From positions 4,504,691 through 4,568,690 of the forward strand of contig NW_003314261.1 of assembly GCF_000143415.4 (NCBI RefSeq): a stretch of DNA of 64,000 nt. Reading direction: 5' to 3'. Numbering within the stretch: position 1 is the first letter of the stretch; each line of letters opens with the position of its first letter. Shown here piece after piece: positions 14,641-26,677 of this stretch. The notes beneath the pieces are model-generated. The model did no database searches and was not told the DNA's origin. It saw only the letters and a program-made list of their open reading frames with translations. The stretch comes from Selaginella moellendorffii. Lineage: Eukaryota > Plantae > Lycopodiophyta. The translations under genes were made by a program, and so were the position numbers.

Positions 14641-15712
14641 CTTCCACATGTCATGTGTTAGTTGTTTTATGTCTTTTTTCTAAAGACTCACTTATTGCTT
14701 GTTTCGTGTCTATTCCTTGAGCACTTCATTGAGAGTTCCACTCCTGCTCTCAATTTTTCAAGTTAGAGGTTTTTATCTAAATATGTTACTCTTATTTGGC
14801 TTCTACTTCGGCCACTATCACGTGGCACCCTTTCAACTCCTCTTTAGGGCCTAGGGATTTTGTGTTTCACACCCAACTCTACACTCCCTACTAGAGTTCT
14901 AACCTAGAGTTTAGCTCAAATAAGGACTTGGGCTGACTCAGCTTTTCAAGCTTAAACTTTTTATGGGATAAAAAGCCAAAAGTTGTTCTAAAAAGAGGAA
15001 GGACTTTTTTACCTGTAGGATGATGGGTGGGGAGTAGAGGCTCTTGGGCAGTTGAGGTTGAACCATGGCTACCCATCTTCACTTCTTATACATGCATTTG
15101 GATTGCCAATCAGGTAACACCTGGACAAATGCTGAATGTGCTTGCCACTAAAGTGGGTGAGCACCATTTCCTTTGGCCGGTGGGGCATAGGAAAGCCCAC
15201 AAAGTGAGGCATGCAATGGGAGCCATTGAAGCACCATGACAAGACCCTAACAAATGAGTCAACTCTCATTAAACTCCCCACATGTCACATGTATAAGTGC
15301 TTGTGGCCTTTGGGCCTCCTCAGTATTGATCAGGGTGGCTGGGATTGTGGAAAGGTTCTTGGCTGTGGAGATGGCCTTAACGTGGCTTCCTTAGCACTTG
15401 CTCTAGTGTTCAGTCAGCTCGTGTTGTTCAGTCCATCGACAAAGGCCTATGAGACCATATCCACATGGTTATTGAGCAAGGGGACAGGCTTCTAAGGGAG
15501 GTTAGGGGGCAGTGCAGCTGCTTAGCAAGGGTCAGCTGCTTGGCAATAGTCAGCGTCATACAGCGAGGCCCCCGGAAGGGGCCCGAAGCACACCATAGGC
15601 TGGGAAGGGCTGACTAATTATGAAAAATAACCAATGCTATAATATGTTTATCCACTTGCTCTGTTTATTGAAATGCTTCCATGCTTGTCTCCCATGAATT
15701 TGTCTAGCTCCA

Positions 15713-16922
15713 CTATAAAAGCCAGTGCACGGTGCTCTCATCCACTGCCTCGCCCAGCTTGCCTTCCTCGAGCAAACTCCACCACTTGTACAAGAAGTTG
15801 TCCACGATGAGGCGAAACCAGGGAGAGAGCTTGATGCCGCCCTCTCCCGCGTCCGCCTGCCTAACCAGCTCCTTGAGCTCCGCCTGGTTCACGTACCTCA
15901 CCGCCGCGACTTCGTCCGGGTTTGGATTCACTGCTACCTCATCTCGCTTCAAGAACAGCAAGTAGTCCACTGCGAGAAACCAAGGATTTGAGCCTGGAAA
16001 TCCTGGAGAAATCACGAGCAAGTTTTGTAACTTACGTTCGTGCTCCCCCCACTTTCCGTCCGATGGAGCCTTGTAGAGGATCCGGCCCAGAAAAGTGAAG
16101 GCGTCCACCGGGGAGTCGGCTGCTGCGATACCGAGCTCATCAAAAAGCTTCCTTTGCGCAGCGTTTCTTACTCCTGTGCGTGTGTGGGTGTGTGTGTGTG
16201 TGTGTGTGTATGAGTGAGTGAGGGAGCACTAGCTAAGAAAACAAGCTTGTTTACCCATTTGGTTCTCGAAAATCATCTCCGACTCTCGATAGAGAGGGTG
16301 GCTACAACATGTGTTCGTCCACACCAGAGGGAACGTCACCTTGGTCGACGAGCGTTGCTGGGCATCAAATCCAACAACAATCGTATGAGAGAAATGAAAT
16401 GAAAAGAAAGACTCGATCGATCACCTGGAGCAGCAGCTCGTTTTTGGAGTTGAACAAAAACACACTGAATGCACGATGCAACATTTTCCCGGTCTCGATC
16501 TTCTCCATCAAATGACCTTCACGAAGAAGAAGAAGAAAAAAACACGACTTCCAGTTTTTTTTTTCTGGCTATTCTCTTACAGTTATACTTGGAGTCATGG
16601 CCGACGACGTTGTCCTTCTCGTCCACCAGGATACACCTTAGACACAACACAAGAGCGAGCGTCAGATCCTTGCCTCAAAACCAAGAGCAAAAGAATCACT
16701 CCGATAGATTTGCAACACGAGCAAGATAAAAAAGAGAGTCAAAGCTTACTCATCCTCAAACATGAGACGCTTCTGGACGGGATCCAGCGCCTCGACGAGC
16801 TGGGACGACGCCGGCATTGCGATTGCTCGCCTGGATCGGATGGGAGCAGCGCACCTCTTGATCGCCCACGCCCGAGATCCAAGCAAAGAAGAAGGCGCAG
16901 GCAAACGGCACACAAGGGGCAT
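15713..16922 (-). CDS. IDI: Isopentenyl-diphosphate delta-isomerase (type I), multi-exon
   Basis: Exons read [70 protein letters not shown]/..[34 protein letters not shown]; GT-AG introns. Confidence 0.95.
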
Positions 16923-17164
16923 TCCAAAAAAAACTCGAATTTAGGGTCTCCATCTATCTTAAAAACCAAACAATTCATCAGTTCTTTTCCTCGTTCTCAG
17001 ATGGTACAAGCGAGATTTTTTTTTCCCGAGCTTCATCTCGATCGAGGGAGATGGAAGAGGGAAAAAAAGATCCAAGGAACAAAAAAGAATTTTTAGATCG
17101 CCCCTCTCAGCCTCTCTACGTAGCTAATTGTTTCTTGTCAAGATAAAAATGCGATTGCCGAGGA

Positions 17165-18981
17165 TCAGTGAACCTCGTCCGCCTTGCCGTAGTATCTGTT
17201 GATGAAAGGACTCTGCGGCAGCGAGAGATCATAGATCAGCACTGGGAAATCGTAATGTTTGATTTTTTTTCTTTGATCTACCTTGAGGTTCTCAACATCA
17301 GGAGTGTCGTCGGTTTTCACGGGGTAGAACTTGTATAGTTTCATGTTCTCCAGAGCTGCCTTTTTCTCCTCGCTCATCTCTTCGATGGCTTTCTTCCGAG
17401 CCAATCGAGCCTGGAACAAGCTAGTAAGAAATCCTCGACGAGAATGCCACAGCACACACCTCTTTCTGTCTCTTCTTCTCGGCCTTGACGTTTTCCATTA
17501 TGCATTCCTGTACGACAAGTAAAATCCATTTCCATCCTTGTCTTGCATAAACGGCTAGCTAGTTTTCATACCTGGAACTTTTCCCTCTCATCTTTTGGCA
17601 GTGCTTCTTCGTCGATAAGGTTTGTTGTGAACTCCTGAGAAGAGAACTCGGTGGATATTTATTAGGGGACTGAAGATTGATTACCTCGAGTTCGTCAAAA
17701 GCCCAGTCGTATTGCGTGACAATCTGGACAAGGAAAGAAGCATCAAAACCAGTTGTAAATAACCACAAAACGATACCGGTGGTTTTCCTTCATCCATAGT
17801 GAACATAATAGAGACAACAGTATCGTCTTCCTTTTCTTCCTCCCTCCATGGTCGGTATAGATCTATAAGTGGAGTAGCGTGAGAAACTTGGACGATATAA
17901 AATCCTCGCACTTACATGGCAGACAGTACTCGTACTTCTTGATGCGCTCCTTTTTCAAATGCCTCAGAGCTACTCTGAAAGCCAGACCGAGCGTCAGCAA
18001 AACACATCCGTTATCCAGTGCATGCATACCTTCTTTGAGTGCACTTCAGGGTAAAAATCTCGCACTTGTATCGCTCCAAAGAACTATGCCTGCGCGAGGA
18101 GGAAAAGTCAGTAACAAGCGCGTCAAACTCGATGCACGCCATACGTCAAAACGTCTTCCGGTATGTAAGGCATCCAGTCCATCTTCATTTCTCTCATAGG
18201 GACGATCATTTCACCTTCCATCTGAACTGATTTTATCCCGACTTTGTCCGAGGGAGGGAAGGGCGACGTCACCTGTGAATGGAGCACATCCGATAGTTGT
18301 AGTGCAAGGAAAAAAAGAGAGAGAACGTACCGCAACGACAGCTGGAATGTGAATCACCTTATGGTTATCCCGGAATTGTACAAGTTGAGCTACGCACGAG
18401 AGACAAAAACTCAGGAAACAATACGAAGAAACAAAGGTAGCTTACGTTCGGTACAGCCAAACATATACACTCGCTTCCCATAGAGCTGTCCTCCTTCCTC
18501 AAATGCTCGCTGCAGTGCTCCACAGTAAGAACCATCCACCAAAAAAGAAGGACATTCGCATACCTCGAGATTTGAGAAATCCCAGTTCACTTCGTAAAGT
18601 TTATCATACTGGTCCCACTGCGCAAAACCATTTTCATCGAATCAGTCACACAGCAAGAGGCGAGGACGAGAGAAAACCAAGGAAAAAAAACCGACCTCTG
18701 TTCCAACAGGGAACGCCTCCTTCCATATGTTCTCCTAAAAAAACACAGCAAAACCCACAAAAACCCTGTTAGACCTAAATCCCGGCAAGGAGATCGCACT
18801 CCAGCTCCAGCGATCGATTTGCAGAGAGCGCAATGCGATCTAGAGAGCCGCCGCGCGGCCTCGGGGATTCGGATCGATCACATACCATGCTGGGCCGCTC
18901 GAGAAGATCGCTGCTCCCGGCGCCTAGGTCTTCTTCCTCATCGGATATATCAGCGTCGCCTCTAGATCGCTTCTTTGACAT
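17165..18981 (-). CDS. HIT4: HEAT INTOLERANT 4-like chromocentre protein, multi-exon
   Basis: WKEAFPVGTE/WDQYD..NWDFSNLE, SPFPPSDKVGIKSVQ..MKMDWMPYIP, KFYPV..TPDV../SPFINRYYGKADEV motifs recognised from the HIT4 family. Confidence 0.85.
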
Positions 18982-19450
18982 GCATACATATACCAATCCT
19001 AGCCCGCCTTGTAAATCGCCCCACACGAAGGGGGAAAATAATCGCGACCGTTGGAGCCTGCAGTGTAGGGGGCTACATCCACGGAGCCAACGCTTCCCAC
19101 GTGTCATCAAGTATATTCCGCTTGCGCCACGGCGGGGATCTGAAAATATTCCGTCCCCCCAGCTCGATAAGGCCAAGAATATCCTTCCCTACGATCGTAC
19201 GTGTGTTTTGTTCTTCCTTGACAGTGTGTGTTCTTTCTTCTCCCATTTCTTCCGCCCGGGCGCCCTAGGACGCCCGTCTTTGGTCGATCGAGAGGGGATC
19301 GCGGGAGATCGGCGCGCATCCATACATGCGATGCGCTTTGCTGCCCGGCTCCAAGGATCAGGGTTTGGATTGTCGGTAATATAGCCCTATCTCCAGCCGG
19401 ATTCCAATCGATCGATCGAGCTGGGCCGGGGCGGCGGCGGCGGCAGGGGA

Positions 19451-20564
19451 ATGGGCGAGAGCCAAGCGAGCCTCCTCTTGCGCAAGCAGTTGAAAGGTGA
19501 GGGCATTTTCGTGAATTTGCTTCGCGGTGGCCGGTGGATTGATTGATCTTGGCGTGGCAGATTTGACAAGAAATCCTCTGGATGGCTTCTCGGCGGGATT
19601 GGTGGACGACTCCAATGTGTTTGAGTGGGCCGTGACCATCATCGGCCCCCCGGACACCTTGTAGTAAGTGAAAGCTTCCTCTCCTCGTGTCTTCATCTTT
19701 GCGTGGTTTCTTCCTTGTTCTTGGCTTCTTTCGCTCGTAGGGCACGGGTAATTGTGATTGAATCCTCATGTGTGATTGATTGCAGGCCTTTGCAAATCGA
19801 CCGAGCGCTCTCGCTGTGGGAGATTTTTTTATAAAACCATGAATCAACTTTATCCCTGGCATGAGATTTGTCTCGTCTTCTCTTTTGTCTTGTGGCTTTC
19901 TTTCATTCATTTGTCCCAGCCTAATGTCTGATCGTCCTGGTGGTTTGTCAGTGCAATTGGATCTAACGCTCTCTCTCGTGGTGTTTTTTTTCCCTGTTCT
20001 TTGTTCTTCCTCTTGTCCAGCGAAGGCGGCTATTTCAATGCGATCATGAGCTTTCCCGGGAATTATCCAAACAGTCCTCCCAGTGTGAGATTCACTTCCG
20101 ATATGTGGCATCCAAATGGTAACCAAGCTCTACCGATGGAACTCTTCTCTAGCTGACTTTGTGAATCTCGCGAGCAGTCTATCCGGACGGCCGTGTTTGC
20201 ATCTCCATCCTTCACGCTCCTGGAGACGATCCCAATGGCTACGAGCTGGCGAGCGAACGATGGTCTCCGGTTCACACGGTATGCGTGCTTGATCCCGAGC
20301 TCTCAAACTTCTTACTCGTCGTGTGTGCTTCTCAGGTAGAAACCATTCTATTGAGTATAATCTCGATGCTCTCGAGCCCCAACGATGAATCGCCAGCCAA
20401 CATCGATGCCGCGGTAAGTGCACCCAGCACAGTCTTGGTGGATCAATCATCTAACGAATGATGTGATTATTTTTTCTCGGTGGCAGAAAGAGTGGCGAGA
20501 GCGAAGAGAAGAATTCAAGAGAAAAGTAAGCCGCATTGTAAGACGCTCGCAGGAAATGCTTTGA
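19451..20564 (+). CDS. Ubiquitin-conjugating enzyme E2, UBC7/13/14 (Ube2G-type)
   Basis: [58 protein letters not shown] (acidic loop of the Ubc7 class); 6 exons. Confidence 0.95.
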
Positions 20565-22156
20565 CAACGATGATCGGGCATCCAAAACATTATTTGACTA
20601 CGGTGGCGCGGGCGAACTGGGGAGAAATGGGAGATTTGTGGTAGCGAGTATATCAACACATTCTAATTAGTCTATAGAGCGTCGGATAAAAAGGAGAGCT
20701 TTGAGAATTTGCAAGAACCATCAAGAACCCTAAAAATTTGTATTTGAAAAATCTGGAAATTGGTCTTTGTCTTCCCTGGAGCCCTAGAAAACAGAGCTAC
20801 TGGTTTTGCGCGTAAATTTCTTGGTGGGCATCCATTCTCCTTGGACTAGCGCTTAGCTGTGTCCTCACAGATTCCCAGAATTGATGACATCGCGCAGACT
20901 TACGACACCCAGAGGCCAGGAATGCACACGCACAGACTCTCCCTTTCTCTCTATCATTTGGGGACGAACAAACCGGCCCCCAAGGATGGATTGATTGTGC
21001 TCGTCAATGCAAGTGAGCCACCACCACTCCATCCGCTTCCCCTTTTCGCCTGTGCGATCTCGGGCCGTGTGAGCTAGATTGCCATATCTGTCGATCGATC
21101 GTTCACATCCCATCCCATACCAGCCTTTAAATCGCCGCTCGCTGGATCCAGGGTAGCAGCGCGGTCCAGTCCAGCGATTTATATGGTGCGGTAAAAATCG
21201 AGAACTGGGGATTGACTTGCAAAGGGAGGGCAGCCAGGCGGCTTCCCACGCCCGGCGCAGGGTCTCTCTCAACGATCCAATGGACTGATTGATCGCCCGC
21301 TCGCTGTTGTTTGAATCGAATTGAATGCCTCGGCGCTTATGTTTTCTATCAATCTTCTTCTAATGCGAGACACCGACCAGAGCAGACCATGGAGACCTTT
21401 GTTTTTGGGACGAAAACTAATATCAAACCACAGACCAGAAAGCTCTGCGAAATTGGATGAATGAGAGCTCGGGCGAGACACGCCCCATTGGCAATGTCTC
21501 TCCCACGAACGCGCCCGGCACGGATCGACAGCTCGATTAGAGCTGCTTGCTCGCGAGATCGGGACATCCAATTCATGGAAAAGTCGAGAAATTCGGAGAA
21601 ATTCCGGCAGGCCGGCTCGACAGCTCGATTTCTATTCTTGTCTGCGAGAGCATCTCCCTCAATTCGTGGAGGAAACTCGAGAAACCGGGTCGTAATCGAA
21701 GGATAGCGTTTGATAAATCGATTGTTTCCCATTGTTTCCCATCACCATGGCTGGAAGATCATAGAAAACTATGGGCGCATTTTAATTAACATCGATCTGT
21801 TTGACCCGAGTCCGGCAACTCCAGCCGCGGGATCGCGACCGTTCGTTTTAAAAAGCATTACAAACGAATGGAAAGTGACCACGTGTCAGGGATGGGCTGC
21901 CCATTCCGGCAATGATTGACAACAGACACGTGTCCCTCTGGAACTACTGTCACCAGCTTTCTTGTGTAGACCTGGAAAGTTACCGCGGTTATTGACAGCT
22001 GGTAAGAAATTCCCATTTGTTCTTTACCGCGCCATGGAAGCTATATAAACAGGGGCTCCATTCCATGGTCGCCACAAAGCAAACCCACTTTCCAGAGCCT
22101 TTCTAGATTCCAATTCTAGATCCTCTCTTCTCTTCCTCGCTCTTACTTTCTGGGTA

Positions 22157-22699
22157 ATGGAGGGGATGCGCGACAACGAGAAAATCATCGCCTCCTTCTA
22201 CAATGCACTTGCGGTGGGCGATGCCGCGGCGGTCGGCGCGATGATCACCGAGGATCTGGAGTGGCAATTCCACGGCCCGCCCGCCCACCAGCATCTCATG
22301 CGAATGCTCACTGGCGCGGATCGCCCGGGCTCCTTCTCCTTCAATCCCACCCGGATTTGTATGATCGGGGACCGGATCTTCGCCGAGGGCAAATCCCAGG
22401 CGCCCATGCGAGAAATGGCCTCTCCGCCTCGCTCTAGCTCCGCGAGCAATGCTTCCTCGAGTTCTTCCTCCTCTTCGTCGAGTTCTTCGTGGAGGTCTTC
22501 CTCCGCGGCGCCGTCGGCGCTGGATCAAGAGATCTGCTGGGTCCACATATGGACGATCGACCCGAGCAGCTCGCGGATCGTGGAGCTCAACGAGTGCTTC
22601 AACACGTCGGTGACCGTCACCGCCCCATCCAGTTGCAACACATTGTGGCAGAGCCAAGCAACGAGGCGATCAATGCCCGGCCTCGTCTTGGCAATGTGA
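22157..22699 (+). CDS. Wound-induced protein 1 (WUN1/SAG20)-like NTF2-fold protein, copy 1
   Basis: DLEWQFHGPPAHQHLMRMLTG..WVHIWT..FNTSVTVT..LWQS..SMPGLVLAM; TATA at about 22043. Confidence 0.85.
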   Translation: MEGMRDNEKIIASFYNALAVGDAAAVGAMITEDLEWQFHGPPAHQHLMRMLTGADRPGSFSFNPTRICMIGDRIFAEGKSQAPMREMASPPRSSSASNASSSSSSSSSSSSWRSSSAAPSALDQEICWVHIWTIDPSSSRIVELNECFNTSVTVTAPSSCNTLWQSQATRRSMPGLVLAM

Positions 22700-23539
22700 T
22701 CAGCATCGACCATGATCCAGTCGATATGAATCAATATCGATCCAATCCACCACCAGCATTCTTTCATGCGCCAAGAATTTTGGGAGAAGCCCATGATTCC
22801 TCCTTCACCACTCCATCAACGCTCTTTTTGATCGCAATGCTCCACTGCGTAGGCAGTGTTTCCATCGATTTGGGGGTTTTTTTCTTCGCTCTTTCCCTTT
22901 CTCTCGTGTAATTTGTTCTACTCCTCCCCAATCCACCAAGAGAATCGAAGGATTCGGAAACGGGAGGCTTACATTCTCTTGTCCCGGAAAGAAAGATCCA
23001 AATGAAAGAATATATCTGGCACCACCGTGCAAAGGTTCCTCTCGTATTTACGAGGCCCACGCGACGAGAGTCTTCGAGGTTCCCGGCTCGATTCCCGGCT
23101 CTCTCCGTTGACTGGTCAGTGGTGGCGGCACTGCGTGGTCAACCATGGCGCTAGCTTAATCGTAATGGTTGGATTTGTTTGACACCCCTCGGGCGTTCGA
23201 TTCCTGCGCGGCAAACATGTGACGTGGGACAATCGTGCCCGTTGGCCGGGCATCGTTAGCGCCGTCGATTTCTGTAAAGCGCTATAAAGTCGCGCGCGTG
23301 ACGACGCAGCGATTTCGTGGAGAGCTCCCAGGAAGCTCTTGTTTCCCGCCGGCTCTTCCTTTTCTTTCACTCCATTCGTCGGTCGATCGATCCGGCTCGA
23401 AATTTTGCGCGTCTTGGTTCCAAGCGGCAAGATCCATCGATCCATCGCATCGCGCTAGCTACCGGTTCGTCGATTACCCTTCCGATCGATCCGCGCGGCG
23501 TTCTTGTTTCTTTCCCCTAATCCGTGGTCGCGCATTTGC

Positions 23540-24010
23540 ATGTCTCAGAGCAGCGCCTCTCCGATTGAGAGAAATTTGGGGAAAGATCTGGCTAGCGAGC
23601 AGGAGGGCTACGCGGTGCTGCGAAATCTCTACCGGGCGGTGTCGCAGGGTGATGTAGAGATCGTCAAGGCCCTGGTGGCCGCGGACATCGAGTGGTGGTT
23701 CCACGGGCCAAGGGCGGAGCAGCATCTCATGCGCATGCTCACTGGCGCGGATCGGCTGGGATCGATCGCGTTTAGCCCCAGCAGGGTTTGCCTCGTCCAG
23801 GACAAGTTCTTGGCCGAGGGATTCTTGGACGCCTCCAAGTCGTGCTGGGTTCACGTCTTCACCATCAAGTCGGGCAAGGTCGTGGAGCTGCGCGAGTACT
23901 TCAACACCTCGGTCACGGTCACGGGCGCCGGATTCTTCACCAGGGATGACCCGCTGTGGGAAAGCGAGCTCACGTTGACATCCATGCCCGGATTGATCGT
24001 CGCGGTGTGA
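23540..24010 (+). CDS. WUN1/SAG20-like NTF2-fold protein, copy 2
   Basis: DIEWWFHGP..QHLMRMLTGADR..WVHVFT..ELREYFNTSVTVT..SMPGLIVAV. Confidence 0.88.
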   Translation: MSQSSASPIERNLGKDLASEQEGYAVLRNLYRAVSQGDVEIVKALVAADIEWWFHGPRAEQHLMRMLTGADRLGSIAFSPSRVCLVQDKFLAEGFLDASKSCWVHVFTIKSGKVVELREYFNTSVTVTGAGFFTRDDPLWESELTLTSMPGLIVAV

Positions 24011-24425
24011 GAGATTGATCGACAATCCAGTTCCGGATTGGTAGTCGTTGCATCCATTTCGTCTCTGTTCTTCCATCTTTCTCGTCTCTGTCGCCCTCTC
24101 GCTCGATTTCTCCCTCGTTTCATGCCAGGTTCTAGAGCACTGTGCTGGCGGGTTTCTTAGATCTTGGTGGCTTGTTTTTTCTTCATTCTCGTGTGGATTT
24201 TGGTGCATTTTATATCGATCAGTGCGCAGCTGACAATGACCAAGCTTGGATTGAGCGACGCCATTTCGAGCTCCAGTGACTTGATCGTTATCATCGCTCT
24301 TGTGTTGTTTCTATCTTCTTCCTCAGTGGGGTGGAAGAGAATAAATAAAAGTTTGTGTGCTTTCCTATTTCATTTCTGTCTGCCATTGGCTATTGGGATT
24401 CCCAGGTTTTAGGGTTTAGGGCGCC

Positions 24426-26677
24426 ATGAGAGGGCGAAGCCCGAGGCGATTGGCTCTATGCCGCAGTCTTGGATTTCTCGTCGTGCTCCTGCCGCTACTG
24501 CGCCCCGATCTACTGCTCCGGCACTCGTCTCCATCGTGGATGTCGCTCTTCTCGGTGAGTTTCATAGATTTTCCCATCGCTCTTTGGCCACATTGATACT
24601 GGATAGTGGCCACAGGATCCATGGGCTACAATAATTTCCCTATTAGTGCGTAGTCGATGGGATTTCCGTGATGCTTTCCCTTTGATTCCTTCTTTCTCTT
24701 GCTTGTTTGCGGAACTTTCTGTGTGACTCTTGTGCTTTTCTTGTTTTTGTTTTATAGGAATGGGAGGCTCCCTCGGCCCAGCATTCTGTGCTCATGGCCT
24801 CTTTGGCGGAATCAAACATGGTACAACTTCTCATCCTTTTTTTTTCCTCGATGCTCGTGTATTTTGTTCTGTATGCTCCTCGTGTATTTTTATTTTATTT
24901 TTTCCCATTCGTCGTACAGAATAATTCAAGGTCTGGCGAGTCGGCGCTTTTGTGGCATCCGCCGGACAATGACGGTTGGGCCCCTTGCCTTCGAGAGAGT
25001 GTGGGAAGCATTTCTTCTTGTAAGAACTTTTACTTGGTCTGGCCAGTCCTCTTGACTTTGTGGTCTTCTTGCAGCGAATTTCTATCTACAAGTTTTTCTG
25101 GAGGGCGGCTTGAACCAGCAAAGAATGGGTGTGCGTCTCTACTTCACCGTATCTTTCTTAGCTCTGGATTGTGGACTAAAGAGGCTGTGGCGTCTTTTTC
25201 AGGTGTGTGATGCGGTTGCTGTAGCGAAGATTTTGAACGCCACGCTTGTCGTACCCCACCTCGACGTGAATCCCGTCTGGCAGGATAGCAGGTAGGCGTG
25301 TGCGATTTTATCTACACGAGTGTTCGTGCGCTAGGCTTATGTTTCGTGTAGCTCTTTTGCAGACATATATGATGTGGATTACTTTATCGATTATCTGGCC
25401 GCTGATGTCAAGATTGTGAAGGGCCTACCGAGTGAGTTTTATTGGAGCACACGGGAGTATTACGCCACGGGCTTTCGAGCAACGAGAGTCAAGGATGCGC
25501 CAGTCCATGCTCGGCCCAGCTGGTACGTGGCAAATGTTTTGCCCATCTTGCAGAGGTACTGTCAACGCTTTCTTGCTTGTTAATTGCGGTGCTGCGCTGA
25601 TGGAGTTGTGTAGTTATGGAGTTGCAGCTATAGCACCCTTTTCTCATCGCCTGGCTTTTGGTGAGGTTCCTCCGGAGATACAGAAGCTTCGCTGCAAAGT
25701 GAATTTTCATGCTTTGCGGTTCGTGAAAGCAATCACTTCCGTTGGTGATGTGATTGTGAGCCGTCTTCGACAAGCGCAAAATGATAGCCCGCCATCCAAG
25801 TTCGTTGCCCTCCATTTACGATTTGACAAGGTATGACAGCGATTAGTTTCATCTTCTCGCCGAGTTGTAATGTATTGGACCTTTGTTTTCTGGTGATGAC
25901 TATGATAGGACATGGCAGCGCACTCGGCATGTGATTTTGGTGGCGGAAGAGTCGAGCAGTTAGCTTTGGCCTACTACCGGCACAAGGTCTGGCAAGGGAG
26001 AGTTCCAAATTCTCGACTTACAGTACAGCAGTTGCGGCTTCTTGGGAAATGCCCGCTTACTCCTGAAGAAGCGGGCCTTACTTTGGCTGCACTTGGATTT
26101 GGCCCACACACTCGTGTCTATCTAGCATCGCACCAGGTAAAATGAATCGACGATGTGAGTGTGCCCCTCAATTACGTCTTGCAGATTTATGGTGGCGAGG
26201 CAAGGTTGTCCTTCTTGAAGAACATATTTCCGCTGATGCAAGACAAGGCCAGCGTCGCTATAGACGATGAGCTAAGACCTTTCGAGCGGAAGGCTTCGCT
26301 CTCGGCTGCTCTCGACTACTATGTATGCTTGAAGAGTGATTTTTTCCTTTCTGCTTCGCCGGGCAACATGCACAACGCGGTGGTGAGCATAGTTTTCGTT
26401 GTTTCTAAGGTGCATTCTGCTGATCTGAGTCATTTTGTTTCAGATTGGACACAGGACCTATCAAAACGTGCAAAAGACTTTGAGACCTGATATGGTGCTC
26501 CTCTCGCGTTTGTTCTCGAACTCTAGCATGGAGTGGCCGGAGTTCCAAAACCGTGTTTACAATGGACACCGCAACAGACTTGGACAGGTCCGGCTGCGGC
26601 AGCCAAAGCAGTCAATCTACACTTATCCGGCTCCAGATTGCATGTGTAAGACCAACATCAGGCACAGAATCAGATAA
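24426..26677 (+). CDS. O-fucosyltransferase family (DUF246/GT106) protein, multi-exon
   Basis: N-terminal TM segment; EGGLNQQRMG/VCDAVAVAKILNATLVVP, LRCKVNFHALRF, ALHLRFDK/DMAAHSACDFGGG, GKCPLTPEE, AALDYYVCL. Confidence 0.92.

Noticed and set aside
14161-14683. ORFs of 66-158 aa over the minisatellite
   Set aside because: Open frames are explained by the 12-bp periodicity
15560-15595. CCGGAAGG resembling SRP RNA helix 8
   Set aside because: The flanking internal-loop motif and the rest of the SRP structure are absent
19107-20126. 339-aa minus-strand ORF
   Set aside because: Antisense shadow of the spliced E2 gene; no domain
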